Below, piece by piece: positions 44,432 to 57,275 of a DNA stretch of 64,000 bases (positions are counted from its first letter, which is position 1; every line of letters begins with the position of its first letter). The notes beneath the pieces are model-generated. The model was not told where the DNA came from. It saw only the letters and a program-made list of their open reading frames with translations, and did not search any database. The DNA comes from Eimeria praecox. Taxonomy: Eukaryota. The position numbers and the translations under genes are program-made. The stretch is taken from assembly GCA_963920595.1 (NCBI GenBank), contig OY986947.1:1240001-1304000 (forward strand), written 5' to 3'.

Positions 44432-45974
44432 TCGCCTGTTTGCCACCTGAGGCAACCGCGCCGCGCGGGTTCGATTCCCGGCACGCCCACCCCTGCGTGC
44501 GCGTGCTCGTCTTCGCGCTTTTCAGCCGCCTCCTTGTCCTTGAGGATAAAGACCCCTAAACGAAAGCAGGCACAAAACAGAAACCTCTGGAGCGAAGATA
44601 CGGCCCATCAACAATTTTCTTCGGGCTTCAGGTAAGGAGCTCGAGTGTACGTACAGGTCAAATCAACGGGTCCTTTCCCGTTAAACGAACGCCACGGCGG
44701 TGGAGGGGCATAATATGTCTGCTGAGTGCCCTTTGCTTCTGGTTTTATTTTAATTTCATTATAACGGTTTTACTCGTCGTATTTTAAATTAGGAAAGAGC
44801 AAAAGAAGACAGCGATGGAGGGCTGGTTTCGCTGGACGCCGTGAGCTAGGCATGCACGGTGCAGCTGAAGCAGCTCCGTATACGTACAGTGTAGTTGTTA
44901 TGCTTCCCAATGACAATAAATACGTAAATACCACAAGGAAAAAACAAAATATTGTTCCTTAAGTCAACAGGAATATCAATGAACGGATGCAGCAGCAGCC
45001 GCTACAACGGGGGGCCCCTGGTGGGCCTCTGTACCTTGGGGGGCCCCCTGTAGTATCAGTAACATGAGCAACAACGGGCAGAGTAGTTAAGAAAGAAAAA
45101 TTCTCTGTCAGAAAATGTTTAGAAAATTAACTGAAAGGAACATCCTCAAAGAATTGAAGACAGCTCTGGCTTCAGCAACACAGAACTTCGTTTGTCCCCA
45201 GGATCACACAGAAGGGTACTTGATCAGAGGATATTACATAGTTATTTTAACCATGAAATTGAAGTATCCTTTAATAATAATAAATGTTTTTATATTATCG
45301 TTTGTTCAATATAAAGATTAAGTTAAATATTCCTCTAGACAAACTCAACTCGCTGAAGGCTATAAAAAGACTGGGGTGTTAAATTGAAATCAGTTTGGGA
45401 ATTTGAGTGTGCCAAGGCAGATACACACATCCATACGTATGTAATATGTATAATATATATTCTAATAATTGTTTGAATATGTACATATATAAGCATAATT
45501 ACGTAGAACGCGTAGCCCTGTGGACACAGCCTTGACTCGGCTCTACAAAGCTGAAGAAGATATTCTTGAACAATGAAAAAATCAACAAATCAACATCATC
45601 AACAAAGATTTGCAAACAACATCTTGTTGCAGCTGTACATACACCACAGCCTGCGAACGTTCGTTCAACTCACTCTGAAACTCGTAAGTTGAGGCCCACT
45701 TGATTCCTAAATGCCCGTGGAACTCAGCCTGTTGCATTTCGTTTTTCTTACACTCAGAGATCTACATGCGTGTACACTGACACGGGAGAAAGGCTTACAG
45801 CCGCTACTAGAGAGACCCACAGGTTTACTCATACTTGTATCCATAACTATACAAGACAACACAAGACAGCTGCCTGCAGGGGCAGGCCTCAACTACACAA
45901 ATTCCATTTGACACCGCAAAACTGCAAATGATGTTCTTAAATAACAAAGAGATCAACAACAATACGGCGACTTA

Positions 45975-46140
45975 TATATAGATATAGATATAGATAGATA
46001 GATATAGATATAGATATATAGGTATATAGATATATAGATATATAGATATAGATATAGATATAGATATAGATATAGATATAGATATAGATATAGATATAGA
46101 TATAGATATAGATATAGATATAGATATAGATATAGATATA
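45975..46140. repeat. (TAGATA)n hexamer microsatellite
   Basis: Near-perfect array; a related array lies at 62617-62782. Confidence 0.95.
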
Positions 46141-47425
46141 GAAAGAAGAAGCAACTGCAGGGAAAAGCCTAAGCTGGAGTGCTAAGCAACATGTATATGA
46201 AAAATGACGTCAAAAGGACTTAGATGAACAAAACTTATATATAGAATCGATACATGCACAAGATAAAATAAGTTAAATATGAAAGAATTATCAGGGGCAT
46301 TCAACAAATATAATGCAGAATTGAAGTAATTTGCACCTGCGTTATTTAACAAGTACAAAAACACTGAAAACAACAAGTAGCTGTGCTCAATGAATATATT
46401 ACTGCAGACAGACACCTGAGCTCTACTGCCCGTAGCTCAGTGTTTTCTCCTCTGTCTTCTCTGCCCTTCCGCGTGTTTCAAGGCAGACAAAGGAAGCTCC
46501 AAAGTACAAGCACAATTCTTTAGTAAGGAGGAAGGGCAATGCGTGTACCTAAGGAGCCCCCTCTCAAGATATCAGGCTTAGAACTGTGCCACCATTCTTC
46601 TTCATTCTATATGTTTGTGTTCTGAAGGCGGTGTGAGGTGTACACAGCTGCTCTTCAAGCAATAAACCGATCAAGAAGAGACAGGCAGACAGCAACATAT
46701 CTTCTTCTTGCATTCTTTCCCTTGTCACTACTGATGCTATTACTAATATTTATTCGGTTTTTCGTGTGTGGGCTTCTTCTCTACTGTCCTGTATCGTTGT
46801 AGGTCTTTAAGGATACTGTCACCTAGCTCTTCGCTTGTTGGAATTATTAGGGGTTGTTTGTTGATTGTTTTCCCCCCTTTGTTCGTGTTCAAGGCTTCCC
46901 TCTTCCCAGCATGTGCACCTCCAAAGATGATTTGCATGCTTGTGGGAGCGTAAGAATGCCTGTCTTGTGTTTGTTCTGTGGGTTTTCATACCATGAAGGG
47001 CCCTGAGGGATTCTGACGCCTCGGGGGGGCCCCCAGCAGCGAAAGATTGCATATAGAGTGCATAACCAGAACCGTAAATTCAAATTATTTTAATATATAA
47101 AAGCTTTTCAATCTGGAGTGGATAGACGTTCAAACATTCGAGGCGAAGGGATGGACTGAGCAGAGGTGACCCTGTGCACACTCTGACGGGGGCGTTGCCC
47201 GGCAGTCTTTGGCGTTGTCAACCCTTGTCTCTCTTTTTACATTTAAATTGGCCGAAATATATCAATTTAATTAGAATTTGTTCAAGTGTTTTCGTTTTAA
47301 ACGCCGACAGCAGCCTCAAAGGGAGAGGCGAATGCCGCCGAGCCTGTGTTTATGTTTCAACGACATAAAAACAGTTTGTTTGAGTAGATCTGCACAGGCC
47401 GCCCAGCACAGCCCTGTCAGTATTT

Positions 47426-47481
47426 ATGCATGCATTTTTGCATGCATTTTTGCATGCATTTTTGCATGCATGCATGCATTT
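47426..47481. promoter_or_regulatory. Tandem TGCATGCA palindrome cluster upstream of the TSP1 gene
   Basis: TGCATGCATTTT x3 followed by TGCATGCATGCATGCA. TGCATGCA is a known ApiAP2 binding motif and is enriched in Eimeria non-coding DNA; function here is inferred. Confidence 0.5.
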
Positions 47482-48224
47482 ATACAGCCCAGTGCATTTG
47501 GGGTTGTTTTATTTTAAGGGCTGTGTGCGTCTCGGCCCAAGTACAGAACTGCCGCTGGTCTATCTAGGAATTTTTTGCCTACTTCCCACCATCTGTAGGG
47601 ATCCCCAGTGAACATATATTATTGTCCTGTTTGTATTTAAGATAACAGCAGGATTGTGTTGGCGGGCTGCAGGAGTTCAAGCCCACACCCAAACCGATCC
47701 TCCGTCAGCGGCCTTCTCTCTTTGCTTGGGGGGCTTAGTGCACGATATTATCTTCATTTCAGAGGCACGCTTGTCACGCCTGATAGGAGATCCTCATTCC
47801 ATACATCTTGAGGTCCAAGCCTTGAACCGGCGGTTCCAAGTCTTTAACCCTTCCAACAAACATTACTGTGCTACGAACTCAGAGATGTAGATACACCCTA
47901 CGCTGTAACGCAGAAGCAGTTTGTAGTCTAAGCTGAGGCGTATAGACACCACATGGCAGTATCAAGCTGCATGCGCTCTTTGAGCAATTGCTTATCTGTA
48001 TAATATTGTGGGCTATGTGCGCTGTAAGGCGAAGAGAGCGTACTGCCGCATGCAAGGCTTCAGCCTTAGAACACGTATTTCATTTGTTTAATCTCTGGTG
48101 TGCATAATATGCATACGATTTTGTTGAAGTTGTATGCACTGAGTCCAGCATTTGAGTAATCCGTAAAACTAAACACGCCTACGACCTAAAAAAATAATCT
48201 GCTCTGTAGTCCTTACAACACGAA

Positions 48225-50970
48225 ATGGCGCTGTCTGAAGAAAACAGCAAAGAAGCAAACGCCCTTGAGGGTTCAGAATTCGAACCTGAGGCTACTGCTG
48301 CTGAAGGGGGAGAGGGGGAAGAGCCCCAAGGGGCAGACGGCAGCGCTAGTGGGAGCATTTCAGGTGTCTCTGCACCCCAAGAGACGAATGCCAATGACGA
48401 CATCTCAGGTGTACCCGCACCTTTAGAAACAAACACCAATGAAAACACTTCAGGTGTACATGCATCAGCCAACAGCAGTCCAGGTCCTTTAAATGAGACA
48501 GAGGAGGATAAGGACGGTTTCAACGATGCATCGGAGCCCCCAGAAGACCACTCGCATCAACACAGTAGGCTCGGCAGCCGCAGCAGCAGCAGCAACAGCA
48601 ACGCTGCAGCAGCGAAGGAAGGCAACACTTCGGCTGAAGAAAAGGATGGGCTGGGCAATAACCCCTCTGGCGGCGCGTCAGATGGGGATAGTGCAGCAGC
48701 GGCAGAAGGTTTTGCAGCACCGGAAGGAGCAGCAGCAGCAGAAGAGACACAGACAGTAGCCCCTGTCCGCGGCAGCAGCACAGAGGGGGTGCATCTTTTG
48801 AAAGAGCAGGGGTCCACTCCTGGAGACAGAGACACGTTAGGCGCCTCTCATGACGAACATGAGAATGATGAGGAGGATATGCGTGCATCTGCCGTTGCTC
48901 TCCAGATGGGTGACCAACAGCAAGGCAGCAGAGGTGCGTCGGGGCCCCTCGACAGCGCTATGGGAGCAAGCAGAAGCCGTGAGGCCCCAGGATCAGTTGT
49001 CTTTGACGGTGGAGATGCCGATGGAGCACCAGCGGCAGCTGCTGACGACGATGGTGATGATCATCGAGCAGCAGCAGGTTTCGGTGCAGCAGCCCCAACA
49101 GGGGACGGGAGTGCCGTCATATTAGAGATGGGAGATATTGATGGATCAGCAGCAGCGGAAAGAGGAAATGCCATTGTCCTAGACATGGTAGAGGCCGATC
49201 CAGCAGCAGCAGCGAGAAGTGGGTCTGCTCTTTCTGCCGAGAGGTCTCAAGGCCTCCGCCGGCGCAGTTCGAGGCTCAGCAGCTCACGGCTGTCTGGGAA
49301 AGATCTCCAGGGTGCTGGACCAGCAGCAGGCAGTCCCGGTGCTTCTGCTGCTGCTGCTTCTGAGGGTGCAGTGGGAAAGAGCAGCAGCTCAGCCGGTGAA
49401 CGGGTTCAACAAGGACGGGGAAGTGGCAGCCTCCCTTCCTGGCAGTCTCTTGGCGATACGTCCGAGGCCCCTCAGGGACTCACAGACGAGGCTCTTGAAG
49501 ATAAAAGGAAGGACAAAAGTAGCCGAATCCCCCTAGGACGCACTAAACCCTAAACACTAAACCCTAGCTCTCGGTGGTTGGGGTGGAGGTGTGGGTTTGC
49601 TAGTTGTTTGCAGGGGCTCAGAAGGGGCTCGAAAGCAGTGACTGGTTTATTGCCTGCACTTCAACATTAAAAGTGCATGCATTTATGTTTGAGGATTCCT
49701 TAACAGATCTCCTTCTCGAGAACAAGCCCTAAACCCCAAGTCCTGTATCCTGACTGCTTGGTGTTGCAGAGCTGGTGCTTTGGCTGGGTTCCATTGCCTT
49801 GTTGCTGGCGGCGGCCTTCGCATGTCTCACTACCTTTGCGTGCCTGAAGGGTAAAAGCCCCGAAGAGGCGCCTCCTCCAGAAGCTGCTCTGTGCCAAGTG
49901 AATGAATGGAGCGACTGGACCGTCTGCCCTGTGGTTTGTGGAGAGAGTCAACAGTCCCGCTACCGACAGATAACCGTCAGATACACCCTAAAGCCTTGAA
50001 AACCTCAACACACCCTAAAATCCTAAACCCTAGACCTCCTGTTGCACCACATAGCAAACAACCCCCCCTTTAAACCATTAACCCCCAGCCTTTTGTCATC
50101 TAGTGTTGCAGGCGTTGTTCTGATAAGGCTTTCCCGCTGTTTGTAGCAGCACAGCATGGGGCTCTCATGAGCTGCCTGCCTAGAAGCTAAATCTGTTGAA
50201 GATTCGACGGCATCCATATGAAAACATAAACCCTAAACCCGAAACCCCTTTGTTCTGCTGTGCTGAGCGCTTCAGGCAGCCCCAGGGGAAGTCCTGAGTT
50301 GTCCCGAAACCACCGAGCACCGAACGTGCAGCGGTGCATGCATGCTATTTGTAATCACAAGAGAGGCCTCTCTGCAAACGAACAGTTTGAGCCATGACGC
50401 ACTCATTGGCAGCTCTGCAAACATTCGAACTCTCCTCAGTCAGGCAAGCAAACCCTTGCCTTATCTTGCTTTCATATCTTAAGCCCCACTTCCACTGATT
50501 CACTTTACCCTTCGCCGCTTAATCCCCATAATTTCACTTCTATCTAAGCCTCAGACCCTTCAGGCCTTCTCCCCCCATAAACTTAGTGCTGCAATAGCAG
50601 CTGCAGCAGTGTAAACACGTGGAGGAACAACTCACTTCGCACTTGCAGCAGCAACTGCGCAGCAAGTCAGGCTGTGACAGAACAGGAGCACAGCAAAGAC
50701 AAAGCAGACGAAAATATAAACAAACCAACGTATCCGACTGCCAGATCCCGCTTACCGTGAACTAAGATGGGAGAACCAATACTGGGCAGAGTGCAGCCTT
50801 CCCTCGGTTGTTGAACGGTTGAGGGTTGAGAGTTTACGAAACGCGGTCTTTGCCTGCAAAGGTTTAGATTCCTAAGGCTTTATTGTAGACTGCGTAGAGC
50901 CCAGGGTCTAGGGCTTGAGGCTTAAGCATTTTCCCAGCGGCAGCTCAAGGCTAAGGGGGCATCGGGTCTT

Positions 50971-51014
<44 letters not shown>

Positions 51015-51573
51015 CGTAGATAGATAGATAGATACAAATATAGATATAGATATAGATATCCACACATTATATACAGCCAAAGTGCCAAATTCTCAATCCC
51101 TAAGACACAAACCCTAAATAACCTACACGAAACGTTCAGGTCTTTACCTATGCAATAATATGTACTGTTACTTTCTTTGGCTGCTGCAGGCCTTAGGACT
51201 GCGCGAATGGAGAATAACGCTCTCAGCTCTGGGAACAGACTCTACCACGGGAACGAAGTACTGGAGACTGCAGTTTGTGGTGTTGGTGGACAGCACCAGC
51301 GACGATGATGACGCCGACGTGGGCCGAGACCCGCAGCGCTGGCTTGACTGTAAGCAGGCACTATGGGACGGAAGCAGCAGCTGCTGCTGCACCAGCAGCA
51401 GCAGGCTAGCTCATACAGCGCAGGATGTCATTCATGCATAGCAGGGGTTGCCCCACATTCTGGAGAATGCATGCAGAACAATGTCAGAAGCATTTGGTTC
51501 TTAGCACCGCATCAGCAGCAAACGTGTTGTGGTCAATGAATGCACCGAGCCGCTGACAGCTGGGGCTCCTCAT

Positions 51574-51632
<59 letters not shown>

Positions 51633-54600
51633 TAGATTGTGTATACCAACTTCTTGAAAACTAAGCAAAAGAAACACATATTACTGTGAAGATGAAGCGC
51701 TACAGAGGGACCTTTAAACAGTAGGCAGATTAAAAGTGCAGTTTTACTATGTGTGAATTGCCGTTGCTGCTGCTGTTGCCACGCCTTAGAGATGTGTATC
51801 AGTGCATATAGAGCTTTCAGTCAACGCAAATATATCTCTGTGCCCGTCCCCCAAAACTCCAGCATCACGTAGCCCCTCACTTGCTTCGATTTAATGTGGA
51901 ATAAAAGGAGATGAAAGTACAAGTGGTCTTCCTGTCACTCTTTGGATGAAGGCATTTGAGGTCTAAGATGCATTCAATCAACCGCAGCCGTTGCAGCAGT
52001 TCAATATCTATTTCATTGCTCATGCGGCATCTGCATTGTGGCATTCCCTGCGCCTATCCCCTCCGCTCGCCTTCAGAAGCAAAGTCCAATACCCTAAACC
52101 TTAAGCCGTTGTCTCTTGCCTCTTCTTTGCAGTGCTGGCAGAAAGCTTGGGGGACCCCTCCGAATCAGCCTACACAATTCTAGATGGAATCCTCCCGGGG
52201 CTGCATCCCCAAACGCCTTTTCGACTTCAGACATACAAAGCAACGCGTGCGTCCATCTGCTTCTTCACCTAGGGCATAGGATTTAGGGATTGCGATTTGT
52301 GTGCTGTCGATTGCTGAGGGCTTGAGATCCGCCCCATGAAGGTCGAAGTCTTTAGGGTTTAGTTAAGGGTTTGACAGACGTTGGTCTGCTGTGTGCTGCA
52401 GCGGAAACACTGGCGTCGCCTGTCGATATGTGCGTGCTTTTGGGTTCTGACGCGCCCCAGAGTGAGCTAAGCCTTACGGGTTTGGGTTTTAGGGTTAAGG
52501 CATTGAGGTTTACTCTTTGCTTTGGGGCTTTTGGGGTTTAGACGTCAGGCTTTGAGAGGTGCGCATGGTATCTAGGGTCCTGGTGCATCCTGGCTTTAGG
52601 GTTGAGGGTTTACGTTTGAAGATTTAGGGCTTAGGCTTTAGTGTTATAATTATTATTCGCAGCCTGTGACTGCAAGGTTTCCGACTGGACAGAGTGGACT
52701 GTCTGCGACAGCAGCTGCGCATCGCTGAAGTCCAGGCGGACGCGCACCATATTGGTAGGCCAGGGGCATGCAAATAGGAGGGAAGCCTCGCGCGGTGCTA
52801 TTGCCGCACGCGAGGCTTCTAGATGCTGTCTCAGCAGCCCCTATTTTGCGCTGCTGCAGCTGCTGGCTTCTCTTTGAGTTTTAACAGCAGCAGCAGAGGC
52901 AACACCAACAGGAACAGTAGAAGCATCGAGAGCAATCCTTCCATTTGCCGTCTGCACAGAGCGAGGGAAAAGCCGCGAGAACTTCAGATTGTCCTCCGCT
53001 AGAAGAAGAAAGGGCCTGCACGGGGCAATCAAGTGCGATCCATGTCGCTGCTGTTGCTGCTGCAGTCGCTGCTGCTGTTGCTGCTGCAATTGCTGCTGCT
53101 GTTCCTGTGATGTTATGTGCTTGTGCTCAAGCGAATGCCTGATAGCTGATATGTATGCACTAGCTTCTATCCGTATCCTTTTTGAATACACCTTGAACAG
53201 TCCAACTGTCTGTCCAGGCGGGTAGCCCGAGTGTTTGTGCAGCTCTCGGGGTCCTTCCCGCTGCATGAATGCGTTGAAGGGAAGCGACACGCCATTGAGA
53301 ATTCAATGCGTTGCATAGGCGAAGAGAGGCATTTTGGTTCCTTGTCTTGTGAGCCGAACTCAGGGATATACTCTTTCAGCCTTCCTGCAGGCATCAACCT
53401 AGGCAGCCAATCAGAGATGGACAGTCGACTGCAGATCTGCAGCGCCGAAGTCCTCTCAGCCATGCAGAAGGTGAGACCCTGGTGGACTCCCTAACTGCTG
53501 GCAGCGCTAGAATCAACAGCGGCACCAACACTACTATCACCACCCCTATCCACGGCTGGGGTATCAGCAGCAATAGCGGTTTCAGGTGCTGCTGCTGCTG
53601 GTGAAGTTGCTGCCGTTGTTATAAGTATGGTTATTGTCCTTGCTGCTGGCGTCGCTCTGTGGCTTCTAAGGGAAGCTAATCTGTCTCTCCTACGTCGTTG
53701 AGAAGCATATGGATCTGCACATTCTTGTGTGGACGCCAGCAGAGTTTTATTTGCAGCTTTAGGGCTTAGGTTTAACGTTTTCACTCGCACTTGCAATCGC
53801 TTGGTTGGGTCCTTATAGTTAAGGTTGGGGGGTTCAGATATTCAGGCTTTAGAGTTTATAACCTAGATCACTGACTAAAAAGGGAAGGTGGCCGGTTATG
53901 TTATGCTTCGTTAGTTTCTTTTGTTTAGTTCGTTGTTTCCTGGTTTGTGCTTTCCGCAGGCCCTGCATGTTGCAGCCCCTGAACACCTTGCATTTGAAGG
54001 CAACACCTTAGGCCTTTGGAAATTCTCTGCTCTGCTTGACCCCACCGTAACGGCACAGCAAGCGGCAACTGGTGGGAATTAATTGTGTGCTTTTCGGAAC
54101 TTACTGCTGTAGCTCCACTCTTCCGTGTTGCAGTTCTCTCTCCTCCTGTCCAAGCAACTGTCTTCGCTGCTGCACGCAGATAGTTGCTGCGCGTGTTTAT
54201 AATATCTATATATGCATATATATTAGATAAATGCTGCTGCATGTCTTAGGAATAAAGAGGCAGCAGATATTTGGTCTTCCTTTTTAGTGCGTGCTTGCGT
54301 TAGCATGCGCACACTAAATTGCGCCTAAGCATATATGCGTGTTGTAAAAGAAGACAAGGTATATTTATTTGTGCGGTGATTGCTTATGACGGAGTGCGAG
54401 AGGAAAGGTCCGCCCACATACGCCTGCGTGATTTCGTTCTTGCTAGTTTTATATTTTGGGTTTGCAGTTCTCGACACAGAGATGGCCAAATCCAGCTCAG
54501 ACCTCTTCACAGCAATTGTCAAGTGTATGCTTTCCACCAGGAAGTCTGTCTCCGTTCCCTTACCGTCTGTCGTTCAATCGCCAGGTAAAGCTGTTATGCT

Positions 54601-55189
54601 GTTCTAAATAAATATACACCTTTTGTGTGTATCACTGGGCCTAACATGCTGCACCGATGAGCTGCAGTCTGTTCCTGCTGTTGTTGCCGCTGCTGCTGTT
54701 GCTGAGGAGCTTTCTCATATGAAGTGCCGCCTGCACCTACACCTCTTAGATCTTCGGTGCCAGCATCTAAGCCCTGATTAACCCTTTATGCAAATGTAGT
54801 CTCTCAAACCCTAAGGATCCATCTGTTCGAGCTTAACCACCGCTTTTGGTAAGGTGTCTGTAAGGAAGGGCTTCTGTCTGTGCTGCGGTGTGCAGCTGAC
54901 GAACTCCTCTGCCCGTAGGCCTAACATTCCCGTACTTGCAGCTCTGCACAAAGACCACTTCGACGCAACGCTACAGCAGCAGAAGGGCTACTTTCAAGCA
55001 CAGCGCCAAACCCTCTTGTTAAAGATAATAATGAATATATGGCATACGCAATAGACGCATGGAATGTATATGTGAGTCTAGTTTATTTATTATGTATAAT
55101 GTATAATACATAATATATATTTCTGTTAGATATTCTAGTGCAAGACAAAGATGACGAAATTCTGGGCAATGCATCAGGCACAATGGTAA

Positions 55190-55276
<87 letters not shown>

Positions 55277-55332
55277 GAGAGAGAGAGAGACAAAGAGAGA
55301 GAATCACACTATTTACACAGCTCGTGCGTCAG
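48225..55332 (+). CDS. Type II membrane protein with thrombospondin type 1 (TSP1) domains. Exons 48225..49518, 49770..49975, 50276..50333, (50889..50893?), 51190..51349, 52133..52246, 52402..52461, 52663..52754, 52960..~53040, 53201..53470, 53960..54046, 54468..54584; further 3' exons uncertain
   Basis: Long acidic Ser/Ala/Gly-rich N-terminus, basic [36 protein letters not shown]1 [27 protein letters not shown]...[10 protein letters not shown] and TSR2 [27 protein letters not shown]...[10 protein letters not shown]. The stop codon was not located. Confidence 0.75.
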
Positions 55333-56834
55333 GTATGTGTAATGCATAATGTGCCAGGAAGACCAAACGTCTTGCTGAGAGTAGTTCCCAATGGTCTTCC
55401 TTAACTGACGTGATTATCGACTTGTTTTTGAACTGCAGTCTCGAGGCTGCAATTAGTTTCCAAACAAAACCGCCAAATCCAGTTGGCTGCCTCCGGGCAC
55501 CCCCGCCTTTGGCGGCTTTATTGCTTCTCACCAGGCACGCCTGTCCTTCTTGGCTTAATGTGTTCTTGCAGCTATCAGTAGACTCGGTGACTCAGCGTGC
55601 AAAAGAGCGAGAAACACTGTTGGTGATAATGCCTGTGTTTTTCCTCTGACAAGCGTAAAACCGACTTCGTTTCCTTGTACGCGACTGTCTAGTTGTTATA
55701 TAGTTGTTTTTTGTTGGGGTTGCTTCGACTAAATTTGTCTTTGGCGCTCACGTTGAGGCCCGTACGGCGGTTTTATGCTTCTCAATAGCATAGTTCAAGT
55801 GTACTTTGCTGAAGGTCAGCGGCTCAATCAATAGCAGCTAGCTCATCGATTGCGGGCGGTGCTGTGGATGGACGTGAGTGTGCCATTGGTGTCTTGTGGC
55901 ACGTAAATCCTGAATCCTAGCCGTACACGCTAAACTCTGGGAGAATTGCTCTTAGCTTCTTCTCTCCATCCCGCAGCTGCCTTCCTTACACGGATTCATC
56001 TATGGCGTGCTCACGCATGCTGACGGCACAGCAAGGGTTTGGGGTTTGGGCCCGGAGCTTCAAGGTCTAAGGCTTTTAGAGAGCCAAAGGCCACATAAAA
56101 TGTGGAGAGTTGCAATACATAGCCAACAATCCCCGGCACGAGCGAAAATGGAGAAAGGCAAAAGGCAAACGAGCGTAAATCCTTTTTGTGCTACGTTTAG
56201 GGCTACGGGTTTAAAGGCCAGGGTTTTCTTTTGTAAGAAACAGCCAAGCCAGAGGCCATGCCACACAGTTGCTCTGCTCTGTTGCACCTTTCCCACGCAT
56301 GCATGGGAGCCCTCCCAGCCCTAACTAATACAAGGGAGGCCTTTCTCGTATCGTTCACAATCGGCTAGCTGAGAGGATGAGCGTGCTGCCTAATGCTCTT
56401 CTGTGCCTTTCTGAGTTTGGCATGATTGAGTGTATGCTCACTCAGTTGGTCTGAGTTTTAGGTATTATGGCTCAGCTCAGTTTCCAGTGTGCGAAAGACA
56501 AATACAGCACAGGCAAAAAGTCAAATTAAGTCGGACGCCAGTTCAGGCGGAAGCTACGAAGGCTTCGCAACGCCTCACAGGCAAAAAACACTTTCTCGCA
56601 CACAGGTTTCAGAATCTGCGGTTTAGGGTTTAAGGAGCTAATGTTCATAGCCGGCCTATGTTTACTGTTCGTTATGTTTTAAATGCGTTCTCGCACGCAG
56701 CCGCTGTTGGAATTCAGTGATAAAAGCAGCCAATACGGTAATACAATCTAGTAGGAGTGTTCTACTACTTTAGGGTCTTGTAATAATAATGCAATAACAA
56801 TAATTAGAGTAACCTGGGCTGAGAAGCAGGCATC

Positions 56835-57217
56835 CTAGAGTAAGAAGGGCAAATCCACTGTCTCCTCTCCTCCACCGAAGTACAGTCCTCCGAACGTGGG
56901 CGAATCGACGATGGTAAACGCAACGTAACCTGAGGAGTCATGATATAGATAAGGAGGCATACAGAGACAACAATCGTAAGGTGATAGATGCATCCACCGG
57001 CTCTCAGTGCCTTTCCAAGTGCATCACTTGCCTGGCCACATGAGACTCCTCAGCGTCACGCAGTTTGTCACTGGGTCAAAACGTGTAACCCACGAACCTG
57101 CAGAAAGCAAGCGCGTCAAAAACGCTTTACGTATACGGCAACAAAACTAAGTATACATGAGTGAGAGTTCATGTTGTTAGGCGATGCTAATTCTACCTGA
57201 ACAACATTTTCCGCAGC

Positions 57218-57275
<58 letters not shown>

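Noticed and set aside
44410..44490. Complete tRNA-Gly gene
   Set aside because: Only the T-arm is convincing; no D-arm/A-box or acceptor stem pairing, and it would overlap a CDS start.
45100..48200. Short ORFs (60-80 aa) in the repeat-poor intergenic region
   Set aside because: No recognisable motifs and no in-phase exon chain found; a small gene cannot be excluded.
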